From assembly GCA_017499595.2 (NCBI GenBank), contig CM039005.1, positions 62,001 through 126,000 of the forward strand: DNA of 64,000 nt. The letters run 5' to 3'. A program made the translations under genes and the position numbers. How positions within the stretch are numbered: position 1 is the first letter of the stretch; every line of letters starts with the position of its first letter. The notes below the pieces were generated by a model that saw only the letters and a list, made by a program, of their open reading frames with translations, was not told the origin of the DNA and made no database searches. Source of the stretch: Psilocybe cubensis. Lineage: Eukaryota. Shown here in pieces: positions 37,901 through 47,138 of this stretch.

Positions 37901-38785
37901 ATGATCCCAAGGCTTTCTGTCTGGTAGCCTATCAAAAGATTCCTTTGAAAAAACACCTTTAAACTGATGATAGTGCTTAGGAACAGTTTCTTCAAAGGTT
38001 TTCTTAGGGGAATCAGCTTGCTGATGAGACTCTTCTGCTAATCTTTGAGACATAGTAGAAGTAGCATTAATAGACTGCTTCTGAGGATGAAGGTATGAGA
38101 TAAAAATTCTATCCTCAGGCTCAATCTCAGAATCAGAAGAATCTTCAATAGAATCATCTTCTTCTTCATCAAATTGAGGGAGTTTCCTCCTTTTGACTGC
38201 AGCTATTCTCTGCCTCTTTCTTCTGGCTCTTTTGGCTTCCATTTGGCAGTCAGAGGGACATCTAATAAACTGGACATCCCCTGTCTTCCAATCAACATCT
38301 GGATTATGGTGCCAAAGCCAAGTATGTCCAATGATAGCAGATTTGTCTCCCAAGTCACAAACAGCAAAGGTGGCCCTTTCTGTATGGTTTTTGTGTACCA
38401 TAATTAAGTCTACTTCCTCATGGATAGAGCCACTCTTGTTGAGAGTACCATCAACATTATAGACTGGAATGGCTCTAGGAAGTTTCCTTGTGTTGAGATT
38501 ATGATACTTCACAAAACCAGAATGCAGAAAGAGGCCAGTAGCTCCAGAATCAAGCAAAGCATCAACAGATAACCTTTTCTCTGTGTCCATTGTCTTTAAG
38601 ATGACAGACAAATGGGTAGAGGTTTTAGGATTATGGTTGAGGATGTAGATCTTTTCAGGGAAGGTAGAAAGAGAGGAAGAAGAAGACATGATTTCTGCAC
38701 CAGAATCTGAAGACTGAGGATCAAGTCTGTCAATTTCATTTTCTAGTACATTAAATCTATTCCATTGGGACATGTCTTTCACCAA
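34916..38785 (-). CDS. pol: Gypsy Pol (PR-RT-RNaseH-IN-chromodomain), probably expressed by -1 frameshift from gag
   Basis: LLDSGAT, YMDDILI, DSSDYATGAVL, H..H..CDRC Zn finger, DRGPQF..GQTER, GPY motif, chromodomain EWEVEFI..YLVKWKNYPNEECTWEP. Confidence 0.96.
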   Translation of the reverse strand: MVKDMSQWNRFNVLENEIDRLDPQSSDSGAEIMSSSSSLSTFPEKIYILNHNPKTSTHLSVILKTMDTEKRLSVDALLDSGATGLFLHSGFVKYHNLNTRKLPRAIPVYNVDGTLNKSGSIHEEVDLIMVHKNHTERATFAVCDLGDKSAIIGHTWLWHHNPDVDWKTGDVQFIRCPSDCQMEAKRARRKRQRIAAVKRRKLPQFDEEEDDSIEDSSDSEIEPEDRIFISYLHPQKQSINATSTMSQRLAEESHQQADSPKKTFEETVPKHYHQFKGVFSKESFDRLPDRKPWDHAIELKPGSEPYRSKIYPLSPNEQKELDAFLEENLKSGRIRPSKSPMASPVFFVKKKDGSLRLVQDYRKLNEMTIKNSYPLPLISDIITKLSKAKYFTKLDVRWGFNNVRIKKGDEWKAAFRTNRGLFEPLVMFFGLTNSPATFQTMMNDIFIELIDGNVVIVYMDDILIFTETLDHHREVVKQVLQILEQNKLYLKAEKCEFEKEKIEYLGLIISQGRIEMDPVKVEGVSKWPEPENVKDVQSFLGFVNFYRRFIEDFADIAKPLHELTKKGTVWRWSLRQQEAFDQLKKKVTSSPVLIFPDDNKPYKVEADSSDYATGAVLSQEGSDGKWHPVAFMSKSLSEVERNYEIHDKEMLAIIRALDEWRHYLEGTQHSFEIWTDHKNLEYFMVAQKLSRRQARWSLFLSRFDFTLHHRPGKRSLKPDALSRRPDHKKGENDNQNVVLLKPSYFKIQALKQGHATITGAENDLLKKIREAKEMDEKVVKAVQELKKSSTKKIEGQEWSEEQGLILYRGKVYVPKDKDLRRKIVELHHDAFIAGHPGKWKTIELVSRNYWWPGMSHFIAAYTRGCDRCNRTKTFPAKPLGLLIPTEIPSDVWQCISVDFIMGLPECQGYNAIMVVVDRLSKMIHIIPTTDEVTSEGTARLYRDYVWKHHGLPIKILCDRGPQFVSRFMKELNSILGIQTASSTAYHPQTDGQTERVNQEIEQYLRLFINHRQDDWVEWLALAEFSYNNRVQASTRQTPFMLNNGRHPRMGTEPLRDSKMDTVDTFVKNMEEARKEAESALRKASDDMAKFYNRHRGTPTQYKVGDLVWLDGKDLKTDRPSKKLDDKRYGPYKITKVISPNAYELKLPSTIKIHPVFNVVKLLPYHPDIVGRKPPSRPPPVIQGENPEWEVEFIKDSRLFRNKLQYLVKWKNYPNEECTWEPAEHLKNASKAIKDFHAKHPSAPRRISAVTFDRLSFTPIINFTEPPPLLKPSKLTHPCAHCGKCALERG

Positions 38786-38793
38786 TGGTGCTT

Positions 38794-39903
38794 CTAAAAA
38801 TTTTTCTTTTCCTCATCTTTCTGCTCCTTGCCTTCCAAGATTAATTTCCCAAAGTAGTCAGCCAGTTCTTCATGGGTCATAGCATTGATGTTAACTGATG
38901 ACCTGCAGTTTACAGCCTTATGACCAGGCTTTCTGCACTTGAAGCAAACAATTGGCCTAACTGACTTCCATCCAGAGTCAACCTCCATGGGAACTACATC
39001 TGGTTGCTTTGCCTGAGCACCAAAGGTCCTTGAGCTGCTGTTGGAAAAGACTGGAGGATTTGGAGTAGGCTTAGGAACAGCCTTGGGAGTTGGGGCTTTA
39101 AGGAAGGGAGAAGAAGAGGAGGAGGAAAGAGACTTGGTAAAGGCCTCACTCTGTCTCCACTGCCTATCTAGCCTAGTACTCCATTTAATCCATCCATCCA
39201 AGGTTTTGGGCATGTCAGGAACATAGTAGACTGCATTCCTAAGATTTTCATTAAGCCCAGCCTTGAATTGGTCTACCAAAGCAGCATCATTATACCCAGT
39301 ATCTGAGATCAGAGCCCTGAAGCTAGCAACATACTCATCAGCAGTCTGTCTGCCTTGCTTGAGCATGTGCATTTTATGCTTAGCTGTGTTGGAGGGGTCT
39401 GGATCTGCAAACACTTCCCTAAATTCATAAACAAAGTCAGCCCAAAGACCTTCTTGGGACTGAGCATTGTCTATTACTTTAGTCTTCTCATATGCCCACT
39501 TCCCAGCAGTACCTCCTTTCATATGAGATAGAGCACAAATAACTTTCTGAAAGTCATCTGTAATCCCTTTCCCATAGAAATATAATTTAAGCTGACTGAG
39601 GAAGTTTTCTGCCTTCTCCATAGAACCATCAAATGGATCTGGAGGTGAAACTTTAATGGCAGAGTGTGAACAGGAAGGGGCAACATGAGGGGTAGGGAAA
39701 GAGTGAATATCTAGAGCAGCAGGTGGTGGTGGTGGTGGTGGTGATGGTGACTGACTGACTGGTTGCTGAGGGTGTGGTGGAGTGGATAATGACTGCTGCT
39801 GCTGTCTAAGAAAATTCAACTCTTGGGTAAGGAGCTGGACCTGATGCATGAGCTTTTCCACAGAAGGAGTGGTGGGAGGCAATTGGGAGGGGTCCATGTC
39901 CAT
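38794..39903 (-). CDS. gag: Gypsy Gag, 369 aa
   Basis: PDPFDG, LKQG..ADEY, PMEVD and Zn knuckle CFKCRKPGHKAVNC; ends A AAT TTT TAG. Confidence 0.94.
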   Translation of the reverse strand: MDMDPSQLPPTTPSVEKLMHQVQLLTQELNFLRQQQQSLSTPPHPQQPVSQSPSPPPPPPPAALDIHSFPTPHVAPSCSHSAIKVSPPDPFDGSMEKAENFLSQLKLYFYGKGITDDFQKVICALSHMKGGTAGKWAYEKTKVIDNAQSQEGLWADFVYEFREVFADPDPSNTAKHKMHMLKQGRQTADEYVASFRALISDTGYNDAALVDQFKAGLNENLRNAVYYVPDMPKTLDGWIKWSTRLDRQWRQSEAFTKSLSSSSSSPFLKAPTPKAVPKPTPNPPVFSNSSSRTFGAQAKQPDVVPMEVDSGWKSVRPIVCFKCRKPGHKAVNCRSSVNINAMTHEELADYFGKLILEGKEQKDEEKKNF

Positions 39904-40394
39904 GGGTAGGGGTAGGTAGGCTCTCTGATGTGTGTGTGGGAGAAGCTATCTACTGAAAGTGCCCTTGAAACTATACTAAGTATTCTAAAAAAATATCTAT
40001 CTACTGGATACCCAGTTGTCACACCACTCAGGGCTCTAAACCTAGGATCACAGGGTTACTGGATATTTCCTAGACCACCAAAAACAGAACACTAGTAGGA
40101 CTGTGTCTGCCCCAACAGTTGGTATCCCTATCTACTAAGTTCACACACAGCACACAACAGAGAGTAGGAAAGATGATGAGCCAAAAGTCTTGAGGAAAGG
40201 TCTTGAGGAAAGGTTTTGAGGAGGATGTTGAAGATTGGTGGAGATGTAGAGATTGGTAAGAAGATTGGTGAAGAGGTTGATGAAGAGGTTGGTGGGTTGG
40301 AAGTGGAGGAAGAAGGTTGAGGTGATGGTGTTGAAGAGGTTGAAGAGGTGAAGAGTTTGGTGTTGAAAGAGAGATGGTGGAGTTGTCTTGAGAG

Positions 40395-40405
40395 AGCTTC
40401 AATCT
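40395..40405 (-). other. Self-priming PBS of the gypsy element
   Basis: Sense AGATTGAAGCT, 2 nt after the 5' LTR, is complementary to sense AGCTTCAATCT in the LTR (40572-40582), which starts 27 nt downstream of TATAAATA (40609-16). Confidence 0.8.
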
Positions 40406-41232
40406 TCTGTCAGGGCAACACTATAATCAGTGTGACAAGGCCACCAACAAAGATTAAGCAAGAGAGAGAAAGAGAGAGCAGAGGGAGAGTAAGAGAGCAA
40501 AGAGAGAATAAGAGAGTGAGAGAGATTCAATGGTTCTAAGAGATCACACCAATGATAGTGGATATCCTAAGAGATTGAAGCTGAAGCTACAGCTACCTAC
40601 AAGTCCAGTATTTATACTCTACAGCTATTCTAGAATATTCCCTACATTACATCATAAAGGAAGGTTAAAGAATAAAAGTGACATCATATAGAAAAAGGAT
40701 GAGTAAGACTAGGAATCATATAGAATTTACTAGAAAGAAGTGGAGCAAGAAGGCTGTGATGAAAGAAATAAACTATCTAATCAGATAATTGATAAGATAA
40801 TGAAAGAATAAGATAATTCTGTGAAGATAAAGAGGGGAAACTGGAGAAACCCTGACAGGGACGTACCAATCCAGGGTACAGCGCCTATCAAAAGCACAAG
40901 CGGACTTGGCGTCGCTATATGTGCACGGCAGGCGCATCAAGCGCCTGCATCCAAAAAAGGACAGTGAGGATGATCGGGGAGGTCTGCCTCCCCAAAGGAA
41001 ATTTTCATCTTTGTTTACTATTATTTCTCAGTGACTGCTTATAACCCCCACTCAGTCTATTCAACCACCTCAGTCGTTTACCATACTGACTGAGGTGGGC
41101 TTTACATTATCTTATCCCATTCAGTATATATTTACTTACATCTTACTACGTACAGTGCCTTGTACAACAGGTAGTCTAGATCAATATTAGTCGTTTACCA
41201 TACTGACTGAGTGCCTTGTACAACATACCCCC

Positions 41233-41332
41233 TATCCAGGCTCATTGCTGGGATAAGGGTGTCGTTCGCCTGCCCAGGCTCATTGCTTGGGCAAGGATTT
41301 TCTACTCCCTATCCAGGCTCATTGCGTGGATA
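41233..41332 (+). promoter_or_regulatory. Stem-loop array upstream of the transposase, right half
   Basis: Cores at 41236, 41274 and 41313; ends 24 nt before ATG 41357. Confidence 0.6.
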
Positions 41333-41356
41333 GTTGTACTTCAGCAGGCCGTAATT

Positions 41357-44300
41357 ATGTCCGACGAAAAAAGACCCTGCTTAGGGTGCCATAAACTCTT
41401 TGTACCAGGTCGCTTCTTGAAGCAGCATACCAACAAATGTAAAAAATATCCTGCTGCAATGAGCAAGGTCCTGAAGGGGTTCCAGGAAAACTTCAGCAGG
41501 CAGAATCAGAACAGTAATGTTGCCAGTGGTTCTTCGCACCAGGCAACCCTGAATAATGAGCCCGGGCCTATGGACGTTGATGTCCATCATGAGTATCTTG
41601 ATGTGGATATGGTACCACCTCCAATGCCCCCTGCGCCTCCACCTAAATCACCAACACCACCACCACATCCCCCGACACCACCACCTCCCATTGAACGGCC
41701 CAGAGGACTTCCTCCACGCGTTATTAGATTGCCACAGCGCTTCCGAGACGAGGTCCCACCCAAACCTCCTCTAATTATACCACCAGTCGTGGAGGAGGAA
41801 CCACCTCAGCCTCAGGAACCTCCATCTGTGGAGAGTCTGTATCGAACACCAATGAATGGCTATGGGATATTTCGAGAGTATACCTATGGTCCCCCTTCTA
41901 TTACTCCTGACGAACATTTCACACTGTCATCAGTGTCCGATTCTCCAAATATTGCCAAAGACCCAGCCGACTCTTTGAGAAAGGCGTCAGAGGGAACACC
42001 AATGGCCCTACCTTCGGATTGGTCCTTGGATTCTGAGCCAAAAGACGACAAGAGCTTGCTATTCAAAAATCGTTCTACTCAACTTATCATGTCTTGGTTT
42101 TACAACGGCCACGGTACTAAATCCTACGCTGATACCGACAAATTGATTCACCAAGTCGTACTGGACCCGGATTTTGACCCCAAGGACTTTGATTCCTCCT
42201 TTTCTACTGCTCGAGAGGCAGCGCGTCTGGACGAAATCTCTACCCAAAAAAATTCTACAGATCCTACTTTGTCAGAAGTGTGTCGACCGGAAGCTGGGTG
42301 GATCAAGGGCAGCTTTTCAATACCAGTGCCATGCGACGGTTTCATATTCGATTCGGAAGAGGAGGCTCCTCAATTTGTTGTTGAAAACGTCATGTATCGA
42401 AAACCTCTAGAAGTTATCAAACAGGCCTTTGCAGAATGCACCTCTGAGACGTATATGACCATACCGTACAGAGAATTTTGGCGTCCCTCACCCGACGAAC
42501 CACCCAAACGCTTATTCTCAGAGTCCTACGTGGCGGACATTTTCAATGAAGAGTATGAAAAGATCAAGTCAGAGCCACGCACAGGTCCCCACAGACACCT
42601 GGAGCCCTTTGTCGTTGGTATCGGGATTTTTTCAGATTCTACCCACCTGACCAGTTTTGGCGATGCTTCTATATGGCCGATCCTTATGTATATCCTCAAC
42701 CAGTCAAAATACACCAGAGGGAAACCTAAAGAATTCGCTGCGCATCATATTGCGTATATCCCTAAAGTAAGTTTGTATTGACTGGCATGTACTATTCATA
42801 TTAACGTTTGGGTCATAGCTCACAGACACTTTTCAAGATTGGCATCAGCGACAGTTTGGCAAAGCTGCGACATCTGAAATGCTCACCCATATGAGACGCG
42901 AGGTCAATACAGGCGTGTGGGGGCTATTACTTGATGAGGATGTCAAACGAGCGTATGCTGAAGGAGAGGCCGTAGAACTGGCCGACAGAGTATGTCGAGC
43001 TATGTATCTCCGTTTTATTTTTAGTTCAAATGACTACCCCGAAAAGTAAGTCAACATCTACTCGTTATTTCGTTTGATAACTAATGTACAAGCAGAATGC
43101 TGCAGTCCTGCTGCAAGTGTCGCGGCACTTGCTTGTGTCCACGTTGTTTAATTCAAACTATGAATGTCCCAAAGGTTGGATCAAAGATGGATATGCGAAA
43201 CCGGCTCAAGCTAGCTCGCGTTGACAGCGAAACTCGTCAATTTGACATCGAAACTGCCCGTAAAGCATTGTTCTTGGGGAAAAAGGTTAACAGCAAGGCG
43301 GTTAATGGCTCGCTGCAACAGACCTCTGCTTTTCCAACTCGGGTATATTTTTATTTCCTCATATCTACGTATTTTGTCTAAGAATATTACATAGAACGCT
43401 TTTTCCAAGGCTTTATTTGAATATGGCTTCAACTTTTATCGGATGTTTACTGTCGACTTCATGCACGAAGTGGAACTGGGTGTCTGGAAGGCCCTATTTA
43501 GTCACCTACTCCGGATTCTTTATACCTCTAGCAACCAGAACGCCATTGCAACTCTGAACGAAAGGTATTGTCGTGATATCTCGATTCTTACTCAAACTAA
43601 CTATAGATTTAGATACCGCCAAGTCTCCCCTTTCGGCCTCACAACTATCCGACGTTTTGCTAGGAATGCTTCAGATATGAAGAAACTGGCAGCACGGGAT
43701 TTTGAAGATCTCCTTCAGGTAGGCCTCAATTGCGTGTGATGTTTGATTTTAATTGTTAATGATTCCATAATAGTGCTCTATACCAGTCTTTGAGGGCTTG
43801 TTGCCAGAACCTGCACACAATAAAATTATTCAAAACCTCTTGTTTGAAATGGCAACATGGCACGCCCTAGCCAAGCTTTGACTTCACACCGATACCACTC
43901 TGGACGAGTTGGGGAATTCGTGTACTCGGTTATGTGATCTCCTTCGTCAGTTCCAAAAGGAGGTTTGTAGTCAGTACGCCACTCGCGAGCTTCCATCAGA
44001 AACAGCCGCTAGAGGAAGAAGACAGGCAGCCAAGGCCAAAAAGGCAGCGAGTGCGGGTCTGCCAGTACCTCCGACTCAACCCAATGAACCCAAGACCCGC
44101 ACGTTCAATATGCAAACGTACAAATTGCATTCCCTTCCCGATTACGTCGATTCCATTCGCCAATTTGGCACCACTGACGGCACGAGCACTCAGATGGGCG
44201 AAAGCGAGCACAAGAGAGCGAAACTCTTCTACAAACGGGTCAAGAAAGGTGATCATATTCAAGGTATCGCCAAACACATCTACCGAGAATGTGTGGTACA

Positions 44301-45528
44301 CCGCACTAACCGTGTCGAGATACGCAAGCTGCTGCGTGAGGACAGGGAGTTACTGGAGCCCACTCCTCCTGATTTACATTATCACATCTCATCAGACGTG
44401 CGTCGAAAGTTAGATATACTACCCTGGATGTCACAAAACCAAAACGATCTGGCAACAAGGGTAAGCCGGATTTTTTGCTTGTTTTTATATACTCAATGTC
44501 GTATTTAGGACTTTATGCTTCGTCTCAAAACTCACCTTTATGCCCGCTTATCAGGGGTAAACGAATTCAGTGATAGCATTGGTACCCATGAGCGACTCCA
44601 AATCACAATACTCGATGACCGAATTTACAAACATCAGGTTCTACGCATCAACTATACTTCGTATGATATGCGTCAAATACAAGATACCTTGAAGCCAAAC
44701 TCTTCCCGATGTGACATCATGGTACTTGCTAGCAACAAAGGTGCAGATCAGCAGGTTCATCCTTATTGGTATGCCCGTATCATTGGAATCTACCACGCCA
44801 ATGTGGTAATATCTACCCCTGATGATTACTACCGTGCCTCCAAGCACAAAGTGGATTTTCTTCATGTCCGATGGCTGGGTGTTTGTGAAGATTGCCATTA
44901 CGGTTGGAAATATAGAAGGCTTCCACAGTTGGCGTTTGGTGATATCAATGACTCTGCGTCGTTTGGTTTTGTGGACCCATCCCTCGTAATTCGTGCAACC
45001 CATTTGATCCCTCGCTTCATTCTTGGAAAAATACCGACTCTCGGCCCATCTGTAGCTTATAGAAGCAAAGAAAATAATGAAGGGGAAGAATGGGAGAGAT
45101 ATTATGTCAATTTGTGAGTACATTTAGTCACTTCTTACCCTTTACTAATTTTTTACAGTTTTGTGGATCGCGACATGGTCATGCTGTACAGAGGGGGTGG
45201 AGTTGGCCACGCTAGCACGCGAGCCGCTACCGATTCTCTTAGGCAAGACCGACGTGCAGACGACATTGCCTCTCGCAAAAAATGCCGCGAGGCACATGAA
45301 GCTCCCGATCCTGATCTGGAACCAGATGGGGCCTCAGACCAGGAGCAAGACGCTCAGGACCAGGCTGAAGTGGCACCTGAAAACAGCGCCGATTCTGATG
45401 ACAATGAAGACGACAGCGACCAGCATACCGATTCTGAAGAGGAGGAGGAGGAGGAGGAGGAGGAGGAGGAAAGCAACGAGGATGAGGTCCGGGGTGACCT
45501 AGATGAACTCAGGTTCGCTGAATACTAA
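41357..45528 (+). pseudogene. Plavaka-family transposase (multi-exon) with a nonsense mutation
   Basis: N-terminal CxxC..H..C finger; SDSTHLTSFGDASIWP, NQSKYTR, DYPEK, CPRC, VDFMHEVELGVWK, KLAARDFEDLLQ, TYKLHSLPDY..FGTTD..STQMGESEH, RINYTSYD, YWYARIIGIYHANV, FGFVDP..IRATHLIP; acidic tail. WHALAKL*LHTD has TGA at 43879 (expected CGA). Confidence 0.9.
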
Positions 45529-45954
45529 CTGTAGCTTCATGTGAGTCTGTCGTGATTTCTCTTGTACCTCTACTAACACCTTTTTAGATGTATCCTTGTC
45601 TTGGCGAGTAATACACGTATCTTTTCTTGATTTTCGCGTGATTCGGTAAGGAAGTGTATTGATATTTAACTAAAATTTTATTGTAACTTGCCTATATTCG
45701 CATTTGTACACTCAACCAAACTCGCACTCAAGTCCCCACATTCCATCGCATTCACATCCACATACTTTACAACAATATCCACACACGTACGCGTACCCAC
45801 GCCCTCAATCACAGTTTCCGCCTCCTTCAACCCAGAACCAGAACTACAGGACAAGCTCATATGTGTCCCCACCCCCACATCCTCACTATTCAGAGTTTGA
45901 CGTCATGTCTTTGTCGCCTTCTCATGAATATAGGGGGAGTGGGAACGGATATGC

Positions 45955-46072
45955 ATCAAACGCGCATGCGCGCGTCCACGCGTTTGATGCGCATGCGCAT
46001 GCGCGCGCGTTTGATGCGCGCGTCCACGCGTTTGATGCGCATGCGCGCGCGTGTGATGCGCATGCACGCGCG
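45955..46072. repeat. CpG-dense alternating purine/pyrimidine repeat
   Basis: Iterations of GCGCGTCCACGCGTTTGATGCGCAT; lies within the unsupported ORF 45704-46135. Confidence 0.7.
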
Positions 46073-46227
46073 GAGTCCGTTGAAGGCCTGGCAGAGTGTA
46101 CAGGACATATCGAAGGAGGACGCGCGGGGTTATAATGGCTCTCCCCAGTCTGTTTAAACGTGTGTTGTATTCACAAGAGTAGATTTGGAAAAATAAAATG
46201 ATATTTCATGGTTGTACAACGGACCCT

Positions 46228-46611
46228 TTACTCCATCTCGATGTCCTGATCATCCCCCTCCCCATCGCGCATCTCGACGTCGCTGTCTTTGACGGTCCCC
46301 GAGTTCTCGATACGATTTTCGACTGCGACAACCTGTTCCTCCCGCTCTCGAATTTCGCCGTGGGTCGAAACGACGGGTTCGGTGTCGACTCGCCCGGTTG
46401 CGGGCTCTTCTACGCTGACAACGATCTCGACCTTGTTGTCGGTATTGACGTTGACGCCGATTTTTGCGTGCCCGTTGCGGCCATCGACGGCGACGTTGAG
46501 CCTGAGGCCGTCGCGATTGATCGCGAGGCCGAATTGTACTCCTGGGAGTGCAAAAAAAAATTAACAGTTAGTTCATGCTTTTAATATTGAAAACTCACCA
46601 TTCTCATCCAT
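46228..46611 (-). CDS. Passenger gene D: small two-exon protein (108 aa), beta-rich N-half and acidic C-half
   Basis: Exon1 46611-46599 (ATG GAT GAG AAT G), 57-bp GTGAGT..CTAAC..CAG intron, exon2 46541-46228 in frame: MDENGVQFGLAINRDGLRLNVAVDGRNGHAKIGVNVNTDNKVEIVVSVEEP..DQDIEME*. Absent from the ORF track. Confidence 0.62.
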
Positions 46612-46674
46612 TTCCAGTCTTCGGTGATCTCGTTATATGATGGTGACGAGTTGCTGGCGCGCTGTGGCGGGTTT

Positions 46675-46719
46675 GGTGGTGGTGGTGGTGGTGGTGGTGG
46701 TGGTGGTGGTGGTGGTGGT
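46675..46719. repeat. (GGT)15 microsatellite
   Basis: Direct reading. Confidence 0.9.
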
Positions 46720-47138
46720 GATGGTGTTGAAAAAAAGAAGCGCGCCGCCATCGTTGACGACTGCGGCGCGCTTTTCCACGCCCGTTTTGGTCATCGTCGT
46801 CGACGATGAGCTCGATATCGACGATTTTTTAACGGATTAGCGTGTTTATTTTATGTATACGTATGGAAATACAACGCTTACCGTGTGTGAAACTTCAAAT
46901 GAGCGATCATATGTTATATTTAATACACGCGCCGGGGCAAGACATTCGGCCCCTATGTTGACCGGTTATGTAATGGCCGGTCAACCGGACTTGTCGTAAA
47001 CATACGAAAATTCTTACTTGATTTTGCAGGGTAAAACAAATAATTGTTTGGATATTGTAAAGCTAATAAAAATATTACTTAACATTGTAAACCGGGCCCC
47101 GAAATTTGGGTGCATTTGTAAGACAAAAAATTTATTGT

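Larger units (their letters stand above)
34466..40857 (-). mobile_element. Ty3/gypsy chromovirus (Tf1/sushi-like), apparently intact, inserted in the 3' LTR of copia 1
   Basis: 450-bp LTRs at 34466-34915 and 40408-40857 that appear identical; TSD GGGAC (34461-65, 40858-62); PPT overlaps the pol stop; gag and pol open. Confidence 0.97.
24854..41225 (+). mobile_element. Ty1/copia LTR retrotransposon 1 (host of two further LTR elements)
   Basis: 375-bp TG..CA LTRs (24854-25228; 34454-34465 + 40863-41225), 5-bp TSD TACCC (24849-53, 41226-30), PBS GGTTATGGGCCC at 25229, PPT GGGGGAG at 34447-53. Confidence 0.96.

Noticed and set aside
41216-41356. N-terminal extension of the transposase ORF as given in the ORF track
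   Set aside because: It starts at a TTG inside the copia LTR and runs through the hairpin array; ATG 41357 before the Zn finger is the plausible start.
45704-46135. 143-aa ORF as a fifth gene of the Plavaka element
   Set aside because: Non-ATG start, low complexity and dominated by the CG repeat; cannot be supported without expression data.
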